NCBI GenBank assembly: GCA_035400705.1
Contig: DAOMZV010000002.1
Location: forward strand, 1 to 46,947
DNA: 46,947 nt
Direction: 5' to 3'
Source: Candidatus Magasanikiibacteriota bacterium
GTDB taxonomy: Bacteria; Patescibacteriota; Patescibacteriia; Magasanikbacterales; UBA10003
The position numbers and the translations under genes were made by a program. Below are positions 45,966 through 46,947 of the stretch, piece after piece (within the stretch, counting starts at the first letter, position 1; every line of letters starts with the position of its first letter). The notes beneath the pieces were generated by a model. The model saw nothing but the letters and a program-made list of their open reading frames with translations, was not told the DNA's origin and did no database searches.

Positions 45966-46803
45966 AAAAACAAAAAAAGTTTTAAGACTGATTTTAATTT
46001 TATTTTGTCTGGTTGGTGCTGTGGGATTATTTTTAAATAGAGTTAAAATTCGGGAAAATTGGAATCAGCTGCAAAGAGAAAAATCTTTACCACCCGCTCA
46101 ATCTTACAAGGAATCAGTTAATGAAATAGTGGTAGTCGAACCGACGATAAAAAATAATTCAGCTACTTCTAAAACAGAAGTCTCTTCGGTTACCGCCATC
46201 ACGGCTTCTAGTAGTTCTACAAAAAAATCAGAGTTACCAGAAGAAATTAATTTAGCTGTGCCGTTTGTCTCCCAAGCGCCGTCAAAAAATTGGGATGCGG
46301 TGCATGAAGAAACTTGCGAAGAGGCCTCGGTTGTAATGATTAACGGGTTTTACAAAAAAGAAAAGTATTCTCGCGCGCAAATGGAAGAAGAATTGCAAAA
46401 ATTAATTGCCTGGCAAAAAGAAAATTTGGGTTTTTTTGAAGACACTACTGCCGAGGAAACCGCTTTGATGATGAAAGAGGTTTACGATTTGAAGGCCAAG
46501 GTGATTTATAATGTAACAATTGAAGATATTAAAAAAGAACTGGCGGCCGGTCGGCCAGTAATTATACCAGCTGCTGGGAAATTGTTACCTAATCCTTATT
46601 TTAGCAATGGCGGACCAATTTATCACATGTTGGTTTTGAAAGGTTATACTAAAGACGGGAAGTTTATTAGTAACGACCCTGGTACTAATACTCTGGGTGA
46701 AAATTTTACTTATAAGTTTGCTGATTTATACAACGCCATTCATGATTGGGTTAAAGACGGAGATATTTTAACTGGCCCAAAAGTTATGATTGTGGTGGAG
46801 TAA
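45955..46803 (+). CDS. Exported C39-like cysteine peptidase domain protein (YvpB/Peptidase_C39_2-like)
   Basis: GTG start. Signal-anchor, Ser/Thr-rich linker, then VPFVSQAP...NWD..HEETCEEASVVM and HMLVLKGY...NDPG, typical of the C39-like family. Confidence 0.65.
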   Translation: MLNKKTKKVLRLILILFCLVGAVGLFLNRVKIRENWNQLQREKSLPPAQSYKESVNEIVVVEPTIKNNSATSKTEVSSVTAITASSSSTKKSELPEEINLAVPFVSQAPSKNWDAVHEETCEEASVVMINGFYKKEKYSRAQMEEELQKLIAWQKENLGFFEDTTAEETALMMKEVYDLKAKVIYNVTIEDIKKELAAGRPVIIPAAGKLLPNPYFSNGGPIYHMLVLKGYTKDGKFISNDPGTNTLGENFTYKFADLYNAIHDWVKDGDILTGPKVMIVVE

Positions 46804-46828
46804 AGAAAGTGTTAAAAAATATTAAAAA

Positions 46829-46856
46829 AGCCTCTGTCAAAAGAGGCTTTTTAGTT
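46829..46856 (+). terminator. Intrinsic terminator after the peptidase gene
   Basis: AGCCTCT-GTCAAA-AGAGGCT followed by TTTTAGTTTTTT. Confidence 0.75.
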
Positions 46857-46878
46857 TTTTAACCCCTACCCAGGTACC

Positions 46879-46907
46879 TTGACAAAAGCTTAAAAATGTG
46901 CTATACT
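46879..46907 (+). promoter_or_regulatory. Consensus promoter firing out of the right edge of the window
   Basis: TTGACA-AAAGCTTAAAAATGTGC-TATACT. No credible ORF lies in the remaining 40 nt. Confidence 0.6.
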
Positions 46908-46947
46908 ATCTTGTTAAGATGAAGTTCTTTTAAACCTAAATAAGCTT

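Overview
This is an AT-rich, very gene-dense bacterial chromosome segment. I call 51 protein-coding genes and found no rRNA, tRNA, CRISPR array, transposase or integrase. Almost everything identifiable is housekeeping:
- DNA repair: uvrB, mutM.
- Translation: gatB, rplA, rplK, rplY, rpsB, rpmE, prfA-prmC, tsf, queA, tgt.
- Other core functions: secE-nusG, gyrB, purA.
- A deoxynucleotide/thymidylate block: dCMP deaminase-kinase-PHP operon, tandem thyX-tmk, an HD 5'-nucleotidase, a MazG-like gene.
- Lower glycolysis: gap-pgk, then gpmI, eno and a second gpmI, with no tpiA.
- Envelope: SEDS protein, MltG, PAP2 phosphatase, DUF3048, C39-like peptidase, ABC exporter.

The standard genetic code applies, because TGA is used as a stop. 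The compact operons, lineage-specific insertions in core proteins and many orphan ORFs suggest a reduced-genome, CPR/Patescibacteria-like organism. That is an inference from style, not a database hit.

I could not recognise any known defence, secretion or biosynthetic system, and I do not claim to have found a new one. The observations most worth follow-up are:
1. A single ~17.5 kb inversion that explains why rpsB is fused to rplK-rplA and secE-nusG is fused to tsf.
2. A two-member paralogous family of unknown function (16886-17428 and 27859-28824), each copy a self-contained promoter-to-terminator unit.
3. A tandem zinc-ribbon repeat protein (7527-8516) inside the nucleotide-metabolism block.
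4. A tightly coupled dCMP deaminase / P-loop kinase / PHP operon.
5. Two intact iPGM paralogs flanking eno.
6. A block of three orphan genes (24081-25543).
7. An APH-like kinase-fold orphan.
8. A small ORF or RNA framed by a GC-rich inverted repeat.
9. Several regulatory-RNA and promoter regularities.

All promoter and terminator calls come from reading the sequence by eye. None is experimentally or computationally validated.
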